DNA of 32,973 nt from assembly GCA_029564175.1 (NCBI GenBank), contig JAKQQL010000100.1, forward strand, positions 1 to 32,973. The letters run 5' to 3'. This document shows, piece after piece, positions 1 through 9,195 of this stretch. Numbering within the stretch: the first letter of the stretch is position 1; the number at the start of each line of letters is the position of its first letter. The DNA is from Candidatus Cloacimonadota bacterium. Lineage in GTDB: Bacteria > Cloacimonadota > Cloacimonadia > Cloacimonadales > WRIO01. Both the position numbers and the translations under genes were made by a program. The notes beneath the pieces are model-generated. The model saw only the letters and a list, made by a program, of their open reading frames with translations, was not told the DNA's origin and did no database searches.

Positions 1-20
1 TACTGAATTCAAAAGCCGAT

Positions 21-140
21 TACGAGCAATCTGCTCGCAGTAAAAAAATGTACCGTAAGCTACCAGCTTGCGAGAATTACACTCGTACTGCAAGCATCCT
101 GCTTGCAGAAAGCAGCTACAAGCAAGATGCTTGTAGTACG
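21..140. repeat. Cluster of four REP-like palindromic units (REPIN/BIME-like)
   Basis: Units: 21-42 tacgagca-atc-tgctcgca-gta (reverse); 50-72 gtac-cgtaagct-acc-agcttgcg; 85-108 gtac-tgcaagca-tcc-tgcttgca-g; 116-139 c-tacaagca-aga-tgcttgta-gtac (reverse). 84-108 and 116-140 are inverted copies with 3 mismatches in 25 nt. Confidence 0.75.
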
Positions 141-199
141 GAAGATTGTAATGTAGAAAAACAGATGATTATTTGGCAATATTAGGAAAAGGAGATCAA

Positions 200-1672
200 A
201 TGAAAAGGATTTTAATCTTAAGTGTTTTATCACTCATTGTGCTCATTATGAATGCTCAGGAAATCAATTTATGGCAGGGATTTCGTCATAGTGCAGTTAC
301 ACCTTCTAACAGAATTCATCTTAAATGGGAGGGAGTATCAAATCCTTTTGATTCTCTGAAAGTCATCTATAAACATAATAATTTATTAAATACCCTTCCT
401 GTATCACCTCAAAATGTGTTGAATTATGAATGTAGTATTCCTGTCCCAGATAATGATGCGCCATCAGTTGCCTTTAGTTCCCTGTCTGATTATTACGGCG
501 TATTGACTCCTCTGAAGATCAACTCCAATAATTTTATACCTTCTGTGATGGTAAAAGCAAGCAATGATTCTCTGAATGAAGCAGTTTTAGCCGGAGATAC
601 AAAACTGGATATAATCAGCTATCATTTTGCATATAGTAATGATCAGTTTGCTGCTGGAATCAAAAATAGTTTTGGAAATTATCCTGCATATGGTTCATTA
701 GTTGGCCCCTATTATATTTATGGCGTTGGGTTTCTAAATCCTGAGAATATTATGGATTCTACGGCTTATGCGATGATTAATGCTAACTTAATTGGCATCA
801 TTACGCCAGGTCTTTATAAAATCAGAGTCAGTAATCTTGAAGAATTACAAAATATCGATTTGTCTGCTATTCAAAGAGTGGGAGATATCAGCTCAGCCAC
901 TACTGAAAACATGCTTATTATGAAATGTGACTGGTCAACTTTGACTAATGATGAAGATTTTGGTAATTGGCCAAGCTATTCCAAATCACTTTTAACGATC
1001 CCTTTCATCATGAAAATTCCTTCAATTTCAAATATGACGCCAGTCGGTGATACAGGAGCTCCAACCGTTATTAATTTCTGTGATTTATCTCTTAATCTGG
1101 CTCAAAATACATTGCCGGTTATGTCAAATCCAATAGTGAGCGAAGCAGGAGATATGACTCTGGTTCGAGTAACCTACAATGATCAACAGGGAAATTTTCC
1201 ATTGATTGCAAAATTCACGGTTGAAGACGTTGATTATGCGATGATGCCTGAAACGTTTGATTTTCAGAATCCTGTAATTTTTTCTACGATAGTTCCCAAT
1301 CAGAGTTGGGTGATCGGAGATTGTGCCTTTTCTGACGATAGTTTGAATGTCGTTAATTATACAATAAGCAATACTGTGTCTGCTGATCATATGGTTGAAA
1401 CTGGAATCTCAGTTCGTATTTATCCAAATCCGGTGACTTCTGCAAAACGATCACTCAATTTTGAAGTGAAGGGAACTGATCCCATCAGAAAAGTCTCTCT
1501 TTATAATATTAAAGGGCAAAAAATAGTGGAGTATCCCCCTATTCAAAAAACAAATAAAATGAATATTTCTCTGGAAAATCATAACGGAGATCAATTGGCA
1601 AGTGGTGTTTATTTTGTTAAAGTGGATCTTCTCAAAAAAACTGAGATTCGAAAGATTTTGGTAATTGATTAG
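200..1672 (+). CDS. Secreted protein with C-terminal secretion-sorting (T9SS type A-like/FlgD-Ig) domain
   Basis: Start moved to ATG at 200 after AAGGAG (189-194). Signal peptide MKRILILSVLSLIVLIMNA|Q. C-terminus IYPNP...LYNIKGQKI...LASGVYFVKV...KILVID. Confidence 0.8.
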   Translation: MKRILILSVLSLIVLIMNAQEINLWQGFRHSAVTPSNRIHLKWEGVSNPFDSLKVIYKHNNLLNTLPVSPQNVLNYECSIPVPDNDAPSVAFSSLSDYYGVLTPLKINSNNFIPSVMVKASNDSLNEAVLAGDTKLDIISYHFAYSNDQFAAGIKNSFGNYPAYGSLVGPYYIYGVGFLNPENIMDSTAYAMINANLIGIITPGLYKIRVSNLEELQNIDLSAIQRVGDISSATTENMLIMKCDWSTLTNDEDFGNWPSYSKSLLTIPFIMKIPSISNMTPVGDTGAPTVINFCDLSLNLAQNTLPVMSNPIVSEAGDMTLVRVTYNDQQGNFPLIAKFTVEDVDYAMMPETFDFQNPVIFSTIVPNQSWVIGDCAFSDDSLNVVNYTISNTVSADHMVETGISVRIYPNPVTSAKRSLNFEVKGTDPIRKVSLYNIKGQKIVEYPPIQKTNKMNISLENHNGDQLASGVYFVKVDLLKKTEIRKILVID

Positions 1673-1675
1673 CTA

Positions 1676-1697
1676 AGGGTATTATAAATAATACCCT
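1676..1697 (+). terminator. Hairpin downstream of the first CDS, possible intrinsic terminator
   Basis: Perfect inverted repeat agggtattat-aa-ataataccct starting 4 nt after the stop; weak U-tail. Confidence 0.45.
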
Positions 1698-1789
1698 GTT
1701 CTGATGATATCTACCATTAATGGATATTTCTTGACGATATTCAGGGGAAAAAAACAATTGAATTTGAATTGTATATTTAAGGAGAAAAA

Positions 1790-2422
1790 ATGATTATAGT
1801 ATTAATGGGTATTCAGGGATGTGGAAAGGGTACCCAGGCAAAACTTCTTGCAAAGCACTATTCATGGTTACATTTAAACTTAGGTGGATTGTTTAGGCAA
1901 GAAATAACCCACAAGACTAAGATTGGAAATGAAATTAAACATTATATTGACCAAGGGCATCTTGTTCCTGATCCAATCGTGATTGAAACAATTGAAAAGA
2001 CTCTTGGTAAAAAGAAAAGAGGTTTTTTGTTTGATGGATTTCCCAGAACTTTAAATCAAGCACATTATCTGGTTGATAAACACGAAGTGAATATGGTCAT
2101 ATATCTCGATTTGGATGATGAAATAGCTCGGTCAAGAATGGATTCCCGAAGAATCTGTTCAAACTGTAACAAAGATTATAATATCTTGTCAAAGCCACCT
2201 GTAGAACATGATAAATGCGATGTCTGTCATCATGAATTAATCCGTCGTGCTGACGATTCATTAGAAGGAATCAATCAAAGAATAAACCTTTTTCATGAAC
2301 AAACAAAACCTTTATGTGATTTCTTTGAGGAAAGAGGCTTGTTATTGAGTATAAATGCCAATCAAGAAATCAGTATTGTCAATCAGCAAATCATGGATGC
2401 TATCGATAAAATGAAAAAATGA
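1790..2422 (+). CDS. adk: Adenylate kinase family protein with zinc-binding LID
   Basis: P-loop GIQGCGKGTQ, GHLVPD, DGFPRTLNQA, LID CSNC...CDVC, RRADD; RBS AAGGAG upstream. Confidence 0.9.
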   Translation: MIIVLMGIQGCGKGTQAKLLAKHYSWLHLNLGGLFRQEITHKTKIGNEIKHYIDQGHLVPDPIVIETIEKTLGKKKRGFLFDGFPRTLNQAHYLVDKHEVNMVIYLDLDDEIARSRMDSRRICSNCNKDYNILSKPPVEHDKCDVCHHELIRRADDSLEGINQRINLFHEQTKPLCDFFEERGLLLSINANQEISIVNQQIMDAIDKMKK

Positions 2423-4098
2423 AAAGATTAATCGCCTTAATCGATCTGTCTTTCTTCTTTATTGCAGTATTTAATCTTCTGCTAATTCTTATTATACCAT
2501 CAAATACAGATGAATTTTCCTGGCGAATCAATTATATCTATACATTTACAACAGTCATTTTACTGTTAGTCAGATCCTTATTGGTTCTGATCAGAGAAAA
2601 ATTTTCCACAAATGCTTTCCGAAGAATCAGTATAGACCTTTTTTTTATTCTGACAGGATTGTTTTCAATACGTTTTTCATTAAAACTGTTTCAATTTTAT
2701 GTACTATTCAGAGAAATTTTGATTGTATTTCAAAAAGTTACAAATGAAAAACTTGAAAAAGACTATTTCAATAACCTGTTTAAATATCCTACTTTATGGA
2801 TTATTTTGAGTTTTTTTGGCGCAATCATACTGGGCTCATTTGCTTTAGTATTGCCAGGTATGACTAATAAAGGATATTATTTAAATTACATTGATGCGCT
2901 TTTTACTTCAACTTCAGCAATTTGCGTAACGGGTCTTACTGTTACAGATACAGGAACCAGTTTTTCTGTCTATGGTCAATTGGTGATTCTCACTTTGATA
3001 CAGATTGGTGGATTAGGTATAATGACTATTTCGAGTGCACTTGCTTTGGCGATAGGTCAAAAATTTTCTCTCAGAAGTGGTGCGTTAATGCAAAATGTAT
3101 TATCCCAGGGTAATTTGACTAGCTTTACCCAGTTGATTAAAAATATCATTATTTTTACATTTACTTTTGAAATAATGGGTGCTCTTTTATTGATTTATCC
3201 GCTATACAATAGATTAGGAAATATGTTTCAGGCCGTTTATTATGCTATTTTTCATTCAGTTTCAGCTTTTTGCAATGCTGGTTTTGCTTTGTTCCCAGAC
3301 AGCTTTGTCCAGTTCAGAACAAATCCTTTGTTGAATTTAACAATTTGTATGTTGATTGTTTGTGGCGGATTAGGGTTTGCAGTAATTGATGATTCAAAAA
3401 AATTGTTTAAACGAAATACTCATTTTTCTCATTTAAAACTCCATTCAAAAATTGTTTTAACAACTACTTTTTTTCTGTTACTTGCAGGGACTTTTCTTTT
3501 TTTTGCATCGGAATACAATTATACAATGAAATCATTCCACTTTTTTGACAAACTGCTTTCTTCTTTTTTCCAATCGACTACTACCAGAACAGCTGGTTTT
3601 AATACGATTGATTTTTCCAGGATTAGTTATGCATCAGTTCTGATTTCAATCATTTTGATGTATATCGGAGCATCACCTGGTTCTACTGGTGGAGGTATAA
3701 AAACCCCAACTCTTGCTATTATTATCCTGTCTGTTGTCTCCATCATAAAAGGTAAAAGAGATGTTACAGTGTTTAATCGTCGATTTTCTGATGAAATCAT
3801 GATGAAAGTACTTGCTTTAATTGCCTTATCACTGTTTTTTGTCATGAGTATAGTTTTTATTTTATTACTAATAGAGCCATTTAGTTTTGAAAAGATATTG
3901 TTTGAGTCTTTCTCTGCTTTTGGTACAGTAGGCTTGAGTATGGGGATAACAAGTTTTTTATCAAACTTTGGGAAACTTTTAATTATTATATTAATGTTTA
4001 TAGGAAGAGTTGGTCCTTTAACATTCATATTTCTTTTTGCTGAAAATGTACTCCCTTTGAAGTACGCTGTTCCGCAGGAGAATGTAGATATTGGGTAA
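2419..4098 (+). CDS. ktrB: Trk/Ktr potassium uptake membrane subunit (KtrB/TrkH family) with N-terminal hydrophobic extension
   Basis: Four pore motifs (SAICVTGLT, SAFCNAGFA, TTRTAGFN, SAFGTVGLS), loop GASPGSTGGGIKT, MFIGRVGPLT, C-terminal IG; ATGA overlap with adk. Confidence 0.92.
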   Translation: MKRLIALIDLSFFFIAVFNLLLILIIPSNTDEFSWRINYIYTFTTVILLLVRSLLVLIREKFSTNAFRRISIDLFFILTGLFSIRFSLKLFQFYVLFREILIVFQKVTNEKLEKDYFNNLFKYPTLWIILSFFGAIILGSFALVLPGMTNKGYYLNYIDALFTSTSAICVTGLTVTDTGTSFSVYGQLVILTLIQIGGLGIMTISSALALAIGQKFSLRSGALMQNVLSQGNLTSFTQLIKNIIIFTFTFEIMGALLLIYPLYNRLGNMFQAVYYAIFHSVSAFCNAGFALFPDSFVQFRTNPLLNLTICMLIVCGGLGFAVIDDSKKLFKRNTHFSHLKLHSKIVLTTTFFLLLAGTFLFFASEYNYTMKSFHFFDKLLSSFFQSTTTRTAGFNTIDFSRISYASVLISIILMYIGASPGSTGGGIKTPTLAIIILSVVSIIKGKRDVTVFNRRFSDEIMMKVLALIALSLFFVMSIVFILLLIEPFSFEKILFESFSAFGTVGLSMGITSFLSNFGKLLIIILMFIGRVGPLTFIFLFAENVLPLKYAVPQENVDIG

Positions 4099-4146
4099 AC
4101 ATAATGAGTTTTAGACTATGTGTCTGATACGTATTGAGAGGTTGAA

Positions 4147-4842
4147 ATGGCAAAATTTGCTGTAATTGGTTTAGGAAAATTTGGAATGACAGTGGCTACA
4201 ACGCTCTATAAACATGGGGCAGAAGTGATTGCCATTGATAATAATCAGAATTTGGTTGATGAGGCGCAAAGCCTTGTAACAAGTGCCTATAAAGTCGATT
4301 GTACGGATGAGATTGCCATTAAACAGTTGCAGCTTCACGAAATGGATGCGGTAATTTTGGCAATTGGTCAGAATATTGAAGTGAGCATCTTGACTAGTGC
4401 TATTTTAAAAAAAATAGGGGTTGCTTATATCCATGCAAAAGCTGATAACAAACTGCATGGAAAAATTCTGGAAATTATTGGTGTTCAAAATGTGGTATTC
4501 CCTGAAGAACAAATAGGGATGCAGCTTGCCAATACCCTTTTGTCGAGAAATATAGAAAAATATGTGGATCTTTCAACCGGACACAGCATTGTTGAATTGA
4601 TTGCACCAAAGGATTATATTGGAAAATCATTACAGGAATTGGCTTTACCTTCTGAAAAACATATCAACGTCATTGCTATAAAATCAGAAAGGATGATTGT
4701 TACTGAAGATGGTAACAATTCTGTTGAGAGACGTATTAATGATTTACCTGGAGCAAACGATATTATTCAAAATGGTGATGTGCTCATTCTTTTAGGTCCT
4801 AAAAACAGAGTGAATGAATTAATTATTGAGACATCAAAATAG
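4147..4842 (+). CDS. ktrA: Trk/Ktr potassium uptake regulatory RCK subunit (KtrA/TrkA family)
   Basis: N-terminal Rossmann motif FAVIGLGKFG, VIAID, IGVQNVVFPE, C-terminal RCK_C (GKSL.EL...GDVLILLG); adjacent to ktrB. Confidence 0.92.
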   Translation: MAKFAVIGLGKFGMTVATTLYKHGAEVIAIDNNQNLVDEAQSLVTSAYKVDCTDEIAIKQLQLHEMDAVILAIGQNIEVSILTSAILKKIGVAYIHAKADNKLHGKILEIIGVQNVVFPEEQIGMQLANTLLSRNIEKYVDLSTGHSIVELIAPKDYIGKSLQELALPSEKHINVIAIKSERMIVTEDGNNSVERRINDLPGANDIIQNGDVLILLGPKNRVNELIIETSK

Positions 4843-4850
4843 GAGACTTT

Positions 4851-5597
4851 ATGAAGCTGGGATTATCCTCAAAAATTCGCCTTTTTATATTATTAGCCAT
4901 GCTAATTAGTATATCAAGTTATTTTTCTTTGCTGTTTTTTATATCAGGATCTGATATTGAAAAAAACTTAAAGAATGATTTATCAAATATTATATGGGGA
5001 TCTTTAATTCTCAATTTTGGTCTTTCGCTTTATCTGATTGGTAATATCGGAAATTATATACATAAGTCATTAGCTGCTGTCAGATTTCTGATTCAGGAAA
5101 TTTCCAAAGGCAATTACAATGTTCAGGTTGATATTCCTTGTGATACTGACCCTGAAATCCAAAATGTCATGGGATCTCTTGATTATATGCAAGAAGTTAT
5201 TCTCCACTATGATAACCTGAAAAAAGAAAAGATTGTTGAAAATCGTAACCGGATTATCAAAATGTTAAATCTGTCTATTGATGGCTTTATTATTTTGAAT
5301 ATCAAGGGTCAAATTATATATATCAGTGATGTCATAAAAAAGTATTTCAAATATCTTGAAGAGAATACAGATATCGTTAATACACATTTTCAGGCAGATG
5401 TAGAACTCTCAATCAAAAAATATATTCTTCAGATTATTAAAACACATTCAAAGATTGATCCACAGACTTATTATATATCATCTTTAAAAAAACATATATT
5501 TGTAAAAGGAAATCTTGTGAGAGATTCACGGGGTATTCCAATTGGAATTGTAATTTGTGTGAATAATCTAGAATCAGGCGAGAAGGATACTAATTAG
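4851..5597 (+). CDS. Membrane protein with two TM helices, HAMP-like linker and PAS-like domain; no output domain
   Basis: Two hydrophobic segments, HAMP-like EISKGNYNVQV...EIQNV, PAS-like DGFIILNIKGQIIYI...VRDSRGIPIGIVICV; stops right after the PAS end; RBS AGGAG. Confidence 0.7.
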   Translation: MKLGLSSKIRLFILLAMLISISSYFSLLFFISGSDIEKNLKNDLSNIIWGSLILNFGLSLYLIGNIGNYIHKSLAAVRFLIQEISKGNYNVQVDIPCDTDPEIQNVMGSLDYMQEVILHYDNLKKEKIVENRNRIIKMLNLSIDGFIILNIKGQIIYISDVIKKYFKYLEENTDIVNTHFQADVELSIKKYILQIIKTHSKIDPQTYYISSLKKHIFVKGNLVRDSRGIPIGIVICVNNLESGEKDTN

Positions 5598-5598
5598 C

Positions 5599-6597
5599 AT
5601 GAGAACTATCAGGCATATTGTTGAACAAAACGTTCAGGAACTTCCACTTCGGATTGACAAGTATTTGTTGACCTTAAACGATGAAGATCTGTATTCAAGA
5701 ACATTTATTGACCGACTGATTGAAAAGGAAAAGGTAAAACTGAATCATAAGACAGTTACCAAAAAGAGTCTGATGGTGAATGCTAACGATGTAATCGAAC
5801 TTTTACTGGAAGATACTCTTGATGAAGATTCAATGAATCAACCAAAAGGAGAAGATATCCCACTGAAAATAGTGTTTGAAGATGATTATCTGATTGTAGT
5901 TGATAAACCTGCCGGAATGACGGTACATCCTGCTCCTGGAAATTATCAGGGTACTCTGGTGAATGCTTTGATTCATCATGCTGAAGGAGCTTTGTCAAAT
6001 TGTTCAGAAAGCTTTAGACCTGGTATCGTACATCGTTTGGATAAAGATACTTCCGGTTTATTGATTATTGCCAAAACCGATAAAATTCACGCTCAATTAT
6101 CTGATTTGATACAAAAAAGAGAAGTTAAAAAAAAATATAAAGCAATTTTAGTCGGAAATCTTCATAAAGAAAACGGAATCATTGATATGCCAATTGCCCG
6201 GAGTACTAGAAATCGTCAAAAAATGACTGTTTCAGAAAATGGGAAAAATGCGATAACAAAATATACACTTTTGAAAGATTATGAGTATTTCTCTTTTGTC
6301 GATATTGAATTAGTAACCGGACGAACTCACCAGATACGGGTTCATTTCTCTGCACTCAATTGTCCAATTTTGGGAGATACAACTTATAATACCCGTACCC
6401 TGACATTATCACGGGTTCCTGTCATTTATCAAAAAAGAGTAAGTGCTCTTTTGACCAATCATCTGAATAGACAAGCATTGCACGCTTATGAAATTTCTTT
6501 TATTCATCCGGTTACCCAATGCCCTGTTGTTTTTAATTCACCCCTTCCAGATGACATTTCTTATACAATTAACTGGTTAGACAAAAATTTTACTTGA
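5599..6597 (+). CDS. rluD: RluA-family 23S rRNA pseudouridine synthase with S4 domain (RluD-like)
   Basis: RIDKYL S4 region, VVDKPAGMTVHP, catalytic HRLDKDTSGL, TGRTHQIRVH, GDTTY, QALHA. Confidence 0.9.
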   Translation: MRTIRHIVEQNVQELPLRIDKYLLTLNDEDLYSRTFIDRLIEKEKVKLNHKTVTKKSLMVNANDVIELLLEDTLDEDSMNQPKGEDIPLKIVFEDDYLIVVDKPAGMTVHPAPGNYQGTLVNALIHHAEGALSNCSESFRPGIVHRLDKDTSGLLIIAKTDKIHAQLSDLIQKREVKKKYKAILVGNLHKENGIIDMPIARSTRNRQKMTVSENGKNAITKYTLLKDYEYFSFVDIELVTGRTHQIRVHFSALNCPILGDTTYNTRTLTLSRVPVIYQKRVSALLTNHLNRQALHAYEISFIHPVTQCPVVFNSPLPDDISYTINWLDKNFT

Positions 6598-6643
6598 TTT
6601 TTTTCTTAAATTGGATTATGTTGAGTTTAGAAGGATAATAATT

Positions 6644-7789
6644 ATGAATAAAGATAAACCAATAATTTTAATCGTTGATGACGAACCGGTAAACCGGTTG
6701 ATTCTCGCACGCTCTTTTTCTTCAAAAGATGCAGAAATTCACGAATGTAGCTCTGGTTTTGAAGTAATGGATTTCCTGGAGCATAAGATACCAGATATTG
6801 TATTGTTAGATATTATGATGCCTGGAATGGATGGTTTTGAAGTATGTGAAAGAATAAAGAATAATCCCAAAACCTTTGATGTTCCTATCTTGCTAATCAC
6901 TGCTTTAAATGATAAACAATCAAAACTAAAAGGGCTTGAATTAGGAGCTCACGATGTTGTCACCAAACCTTTTGATATATTTGAAGTAAAACTTAGAGTA
7001 AAACAATATCTAAAAATGCGAGAATTATTTTTACAGGTAAAAGACTATAATAATCGCATGAAAAAGGAAATTCTGGCAGCCAGAAAGATTCAGATGAATA
7101 TGTTGCCACAGAATAACAGACAGATCAATAATAATTATTATTTTAATTATGAATACTATCCCTGCGATGATTTAGGAGGAGATTTTCTAGATTTTATTGC
7201 TTTATCTGATTCTCAGTATCTCTTTTACATTGCTGATGTCTCAGGCCATGGGGTTGCGTCTTCACTAGTTACTGTTTTTCTAAAGGAATTCTTTAATCAA
7301 CACCTGAAAAAGATACTCATAAATCCTAATCCCAATGATATTCTTCAAAAATTAAATAAAGCCCTGATAACAGTCAATTTTGCAGATAAATACCTGACCA
7401 TGTTTTTAGGAATTTTAAATGTGGATGATAATCTGTTATATTGGAGTTCTGCAGGACCCAATACATTCCCTATTCTTTTTTCAGAAGAAGGGATTATTGA
7501 ACTTGAAAATTCTGCACCTGCCCTGGGTTGGTGGGAAGATGTCAGTTTTGAGAATCATGTCACAGAAATTCCTCCGAATAGCTCTCTTATTTGTTATTCT
7601 GATGTCGCTATAGAATTAAAGAATCAGAATGATCAACAGCTTGAGAGAGAGGGTTTTATTGAACTATTGAAAAAGAATAAAATAAATGAATATCTGGATT
7701 TTCAGGCAGTAATGCATGATTTGCTGGATTATAGTAATTCTTTAACGTTCAATGATGATTTAACTTTAGTAGGAATAAAGAGAGGATAA
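6644..7789 (+). CDS. Response regulator: REC domain fused to SpoIIE/PP2C-type phosphatase (RsbU-like)
   Basis: Start moved to ATG at 6644 (MNKDKP) after AAGGA. REC motifs VDDE, LLDIMMP, ITA, KPF; PP2C motifs GGDF, ADVSGHG, YSD, DDLT. Confidence 0.88.
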   Translation: MNKDKPIILIVDDEPVNRLILARSFSSKDAEIHECSSGFEVMDFLEHKIPDIVLLDIMMPGMDGFEVCERIKNNPKTFDVPILLITALNDKQSKLKGLELGAHDVVTKPFDIFEVKLRVKQYLKMRELFLQVKDYNNRMKKEILAARKIQMNMLPQNNRQINNNYYFNYEYYPCDDLGGDFLDFIALSDSQYLFYIADVSGHGVASSLVTVFLKEFFNQHLKKILINPNPNDILQKLNKALITVNFADKYLTMFLGILNVDDNLLYWSSAGPNTFPILFSEEGIIELENSAPALGWWEDVSFENHVTEIPPNSSLICYSDVAIELKNQNDQQLEREGFIELLKKNKINEYLDFQAVMHDLLDYSNSLTFNDDLTLVGIKRG

Positions 7790-7790
7790 G

Positions 7791-7982
7791 ATGGATTGCC
7801 AGAATAATCAGCTATGCAATTGTACTTATCCTTGTTCAAAGAATGCAAAGTGTTGTGAGTGTATTGCCTATCATCGTAAAAATAAAGAGTTACCAGCCTG
7901 TTATTTCCCAAAAGAGGCTGAAAAGACATACAATCGTTCGATTGATTATTATATAAAATTAATAAAAGAAGGTAAAGTATAA
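7791..7982 (+). CDS. Small Cys-rich protein, DUF6485-like
   Basis: CNCTYPC...CCECIAYH...ELPACYF...EKTYNRS pattern recalled for this family; 1-nt gaps to both neighbours; GAGGA RBS. Confidence 0.75.
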   Translation: MDCQNNQLCNCTYPCSKNAKCCECIAYHRKNKELPACYFPKEAEKTYNRSIDYYIKLIKEGKV

Positions 7983-7983
7983 A

Positions 7984-9195
7984 ATGAATGAATTTCAATT
8001 TTCCAGTATAGAATATGCCATAGATGAGATAAAAAAAGGGAATCTGATTATTGTTGTAGATGATGAGAGCCGGGAAAATGAAGGCGATCTTGTTGGTGCA
8101 GCAGAATTAATGACTCCAGAGAATGTTAATTTTATGATCAGTCAGGCAAAAGGTTTATTATGTGCCCCTATCAGTCGTAAGATAGCTGAAAAATTAGAAA
8201 TTCACCTGATGACTGAAAATAATTCTGATCGTCACGGAACCAAATTTACTGTTAGTGTTGACGCTTCTCAAGGTACTACAACTGGTATATCTGCCTTTGA
8301 AAGATCTCTTACATTAAGAAAACTGGCAGATTCAAAAACGGAGTCTCAGGATTTTATAAGACCTGGTCATATTTTCCCTTTAATTGCTGAAGATGGAGGG
8401 GTTTTAAAACGTGCCGGACATACTGAAGCAGCAGTAGATCTGGCTAAACTTGCTAAGCTTAACCCTGCTGGGGCTATTTGTGAAATCATAAATGATGATG
8501 GAACTATGGCTAGATTACCTGAACTAATCAATTTTTCTATAAAGCATAATATGGCACTTATCACGATTAAAGACCTTATTGCTTATCGATTTAAGAATGA
8601 TTCTCTGGTACACATGGCTTCTGAAGCTAAATTGCCGACAGAGTATGGTGAGTTTATTATCAGGACCTACGAGAGTAAAATTAGTAATGAATATCATATT
8701 GCATTAATTATGGGTGACATAGAGAATGCCGAAAACGTGCTGGTACGTGTACATTCTGAATGTCTGACCGGTGATGCCTTACATTCTCTTCGCTGTGATT
8801 GCGGAAAACAATTGGCTTTTGCAATGGAAAAAATTGCGGCAGAAGGAACCGGCGTGATTCTGTATATGAAGCAGGAAGGACGAGGGATAGGTCTAATCAA
8901 TAAAATTAAGGCTTATCAACTTCAGGATCACGGTCGTGATACTGTACAGGCAAATCTGGAGCTTGGATTCAGAGATGATATGAGAGATTATGGAATTGGT
9001 GCTCAAATTTTGAAAGCAATCGGGTTGAACAAAATACGCTTGCTGACTAATAATCCAAAGAAACTCATTGGATTAGAAGGTTACGGTCTGGAAATCGTAG
9101 AAAGAGTGTCGATCGAAATTCAACCTGTTAAAGAAAATGAACATTATTTAAAAACAAAAAAGAAAAAAATGGGGCATATACTGAATGAAGTTTAA
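7984..9195 (+). CDS. ribBA: Bifunctional DHBP synthase / GTP cyclohydrolase II
   Basis: [56 protein letters not shown]. Confidence 0.97.
   Translation: MNEFQFSSIEYAIDEIKKGNLIIVVDDESRENEGDLVGAAELMTPENVNFMISQAKGLLCAPISRKIAEKLEIHLMTENNSDRHGTKFTVSVDASQGTTTGISAFERSLTLRKLADSKTESQDFIRPGHIFPLIAEDGGVLKRAGHTEAAVDLAKLAKLNPAGAICEIINDDGTMARLPELINFSIKHNMALITIKDLIAYRFKNDSLVHMASEAKLPTEYGEFIIRTYESKISNEYHIALIMGDIENAENVLVRVHSECLTGDALHSLRCDCGKQLAFAMEKIAAEGTGVILYMKQEGRGIGLINKIKAYQLQDHGRDTVQANLELGFRDDMRDYGIGAQILKAIGLNKIRLLTNNPKKLIGLEGYGLEIVERVSIEIQPVKENEHYLKTKKKKMGHILNEV

Noticed and set aside
21..140. CRISPR array
   Set aside because: Units occur in both orientations, are not identical, and are separated by only 7-12 nt; no cas genes in the window.
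173..199. Upstream TTG start of the first ORF (likewise track starts at 6611, 11206, 26597, 28797)
   Set aside because: Downstream starts have a better RBS, begin at the domain or signal peptide, and avoid overlaps.
1714..1723. Palindrome CCATTAATGG before a TTGACG box upstream of adk
   Set aside because: Short and AT-centred, no second copy noticed, and no convincing -10 element.
4851..5597. Pseudogene call for the HAMP-PAS gene
   Set aside because: Clean ORF with RBS that ends at a domain boundary; no kinase remnant follows.
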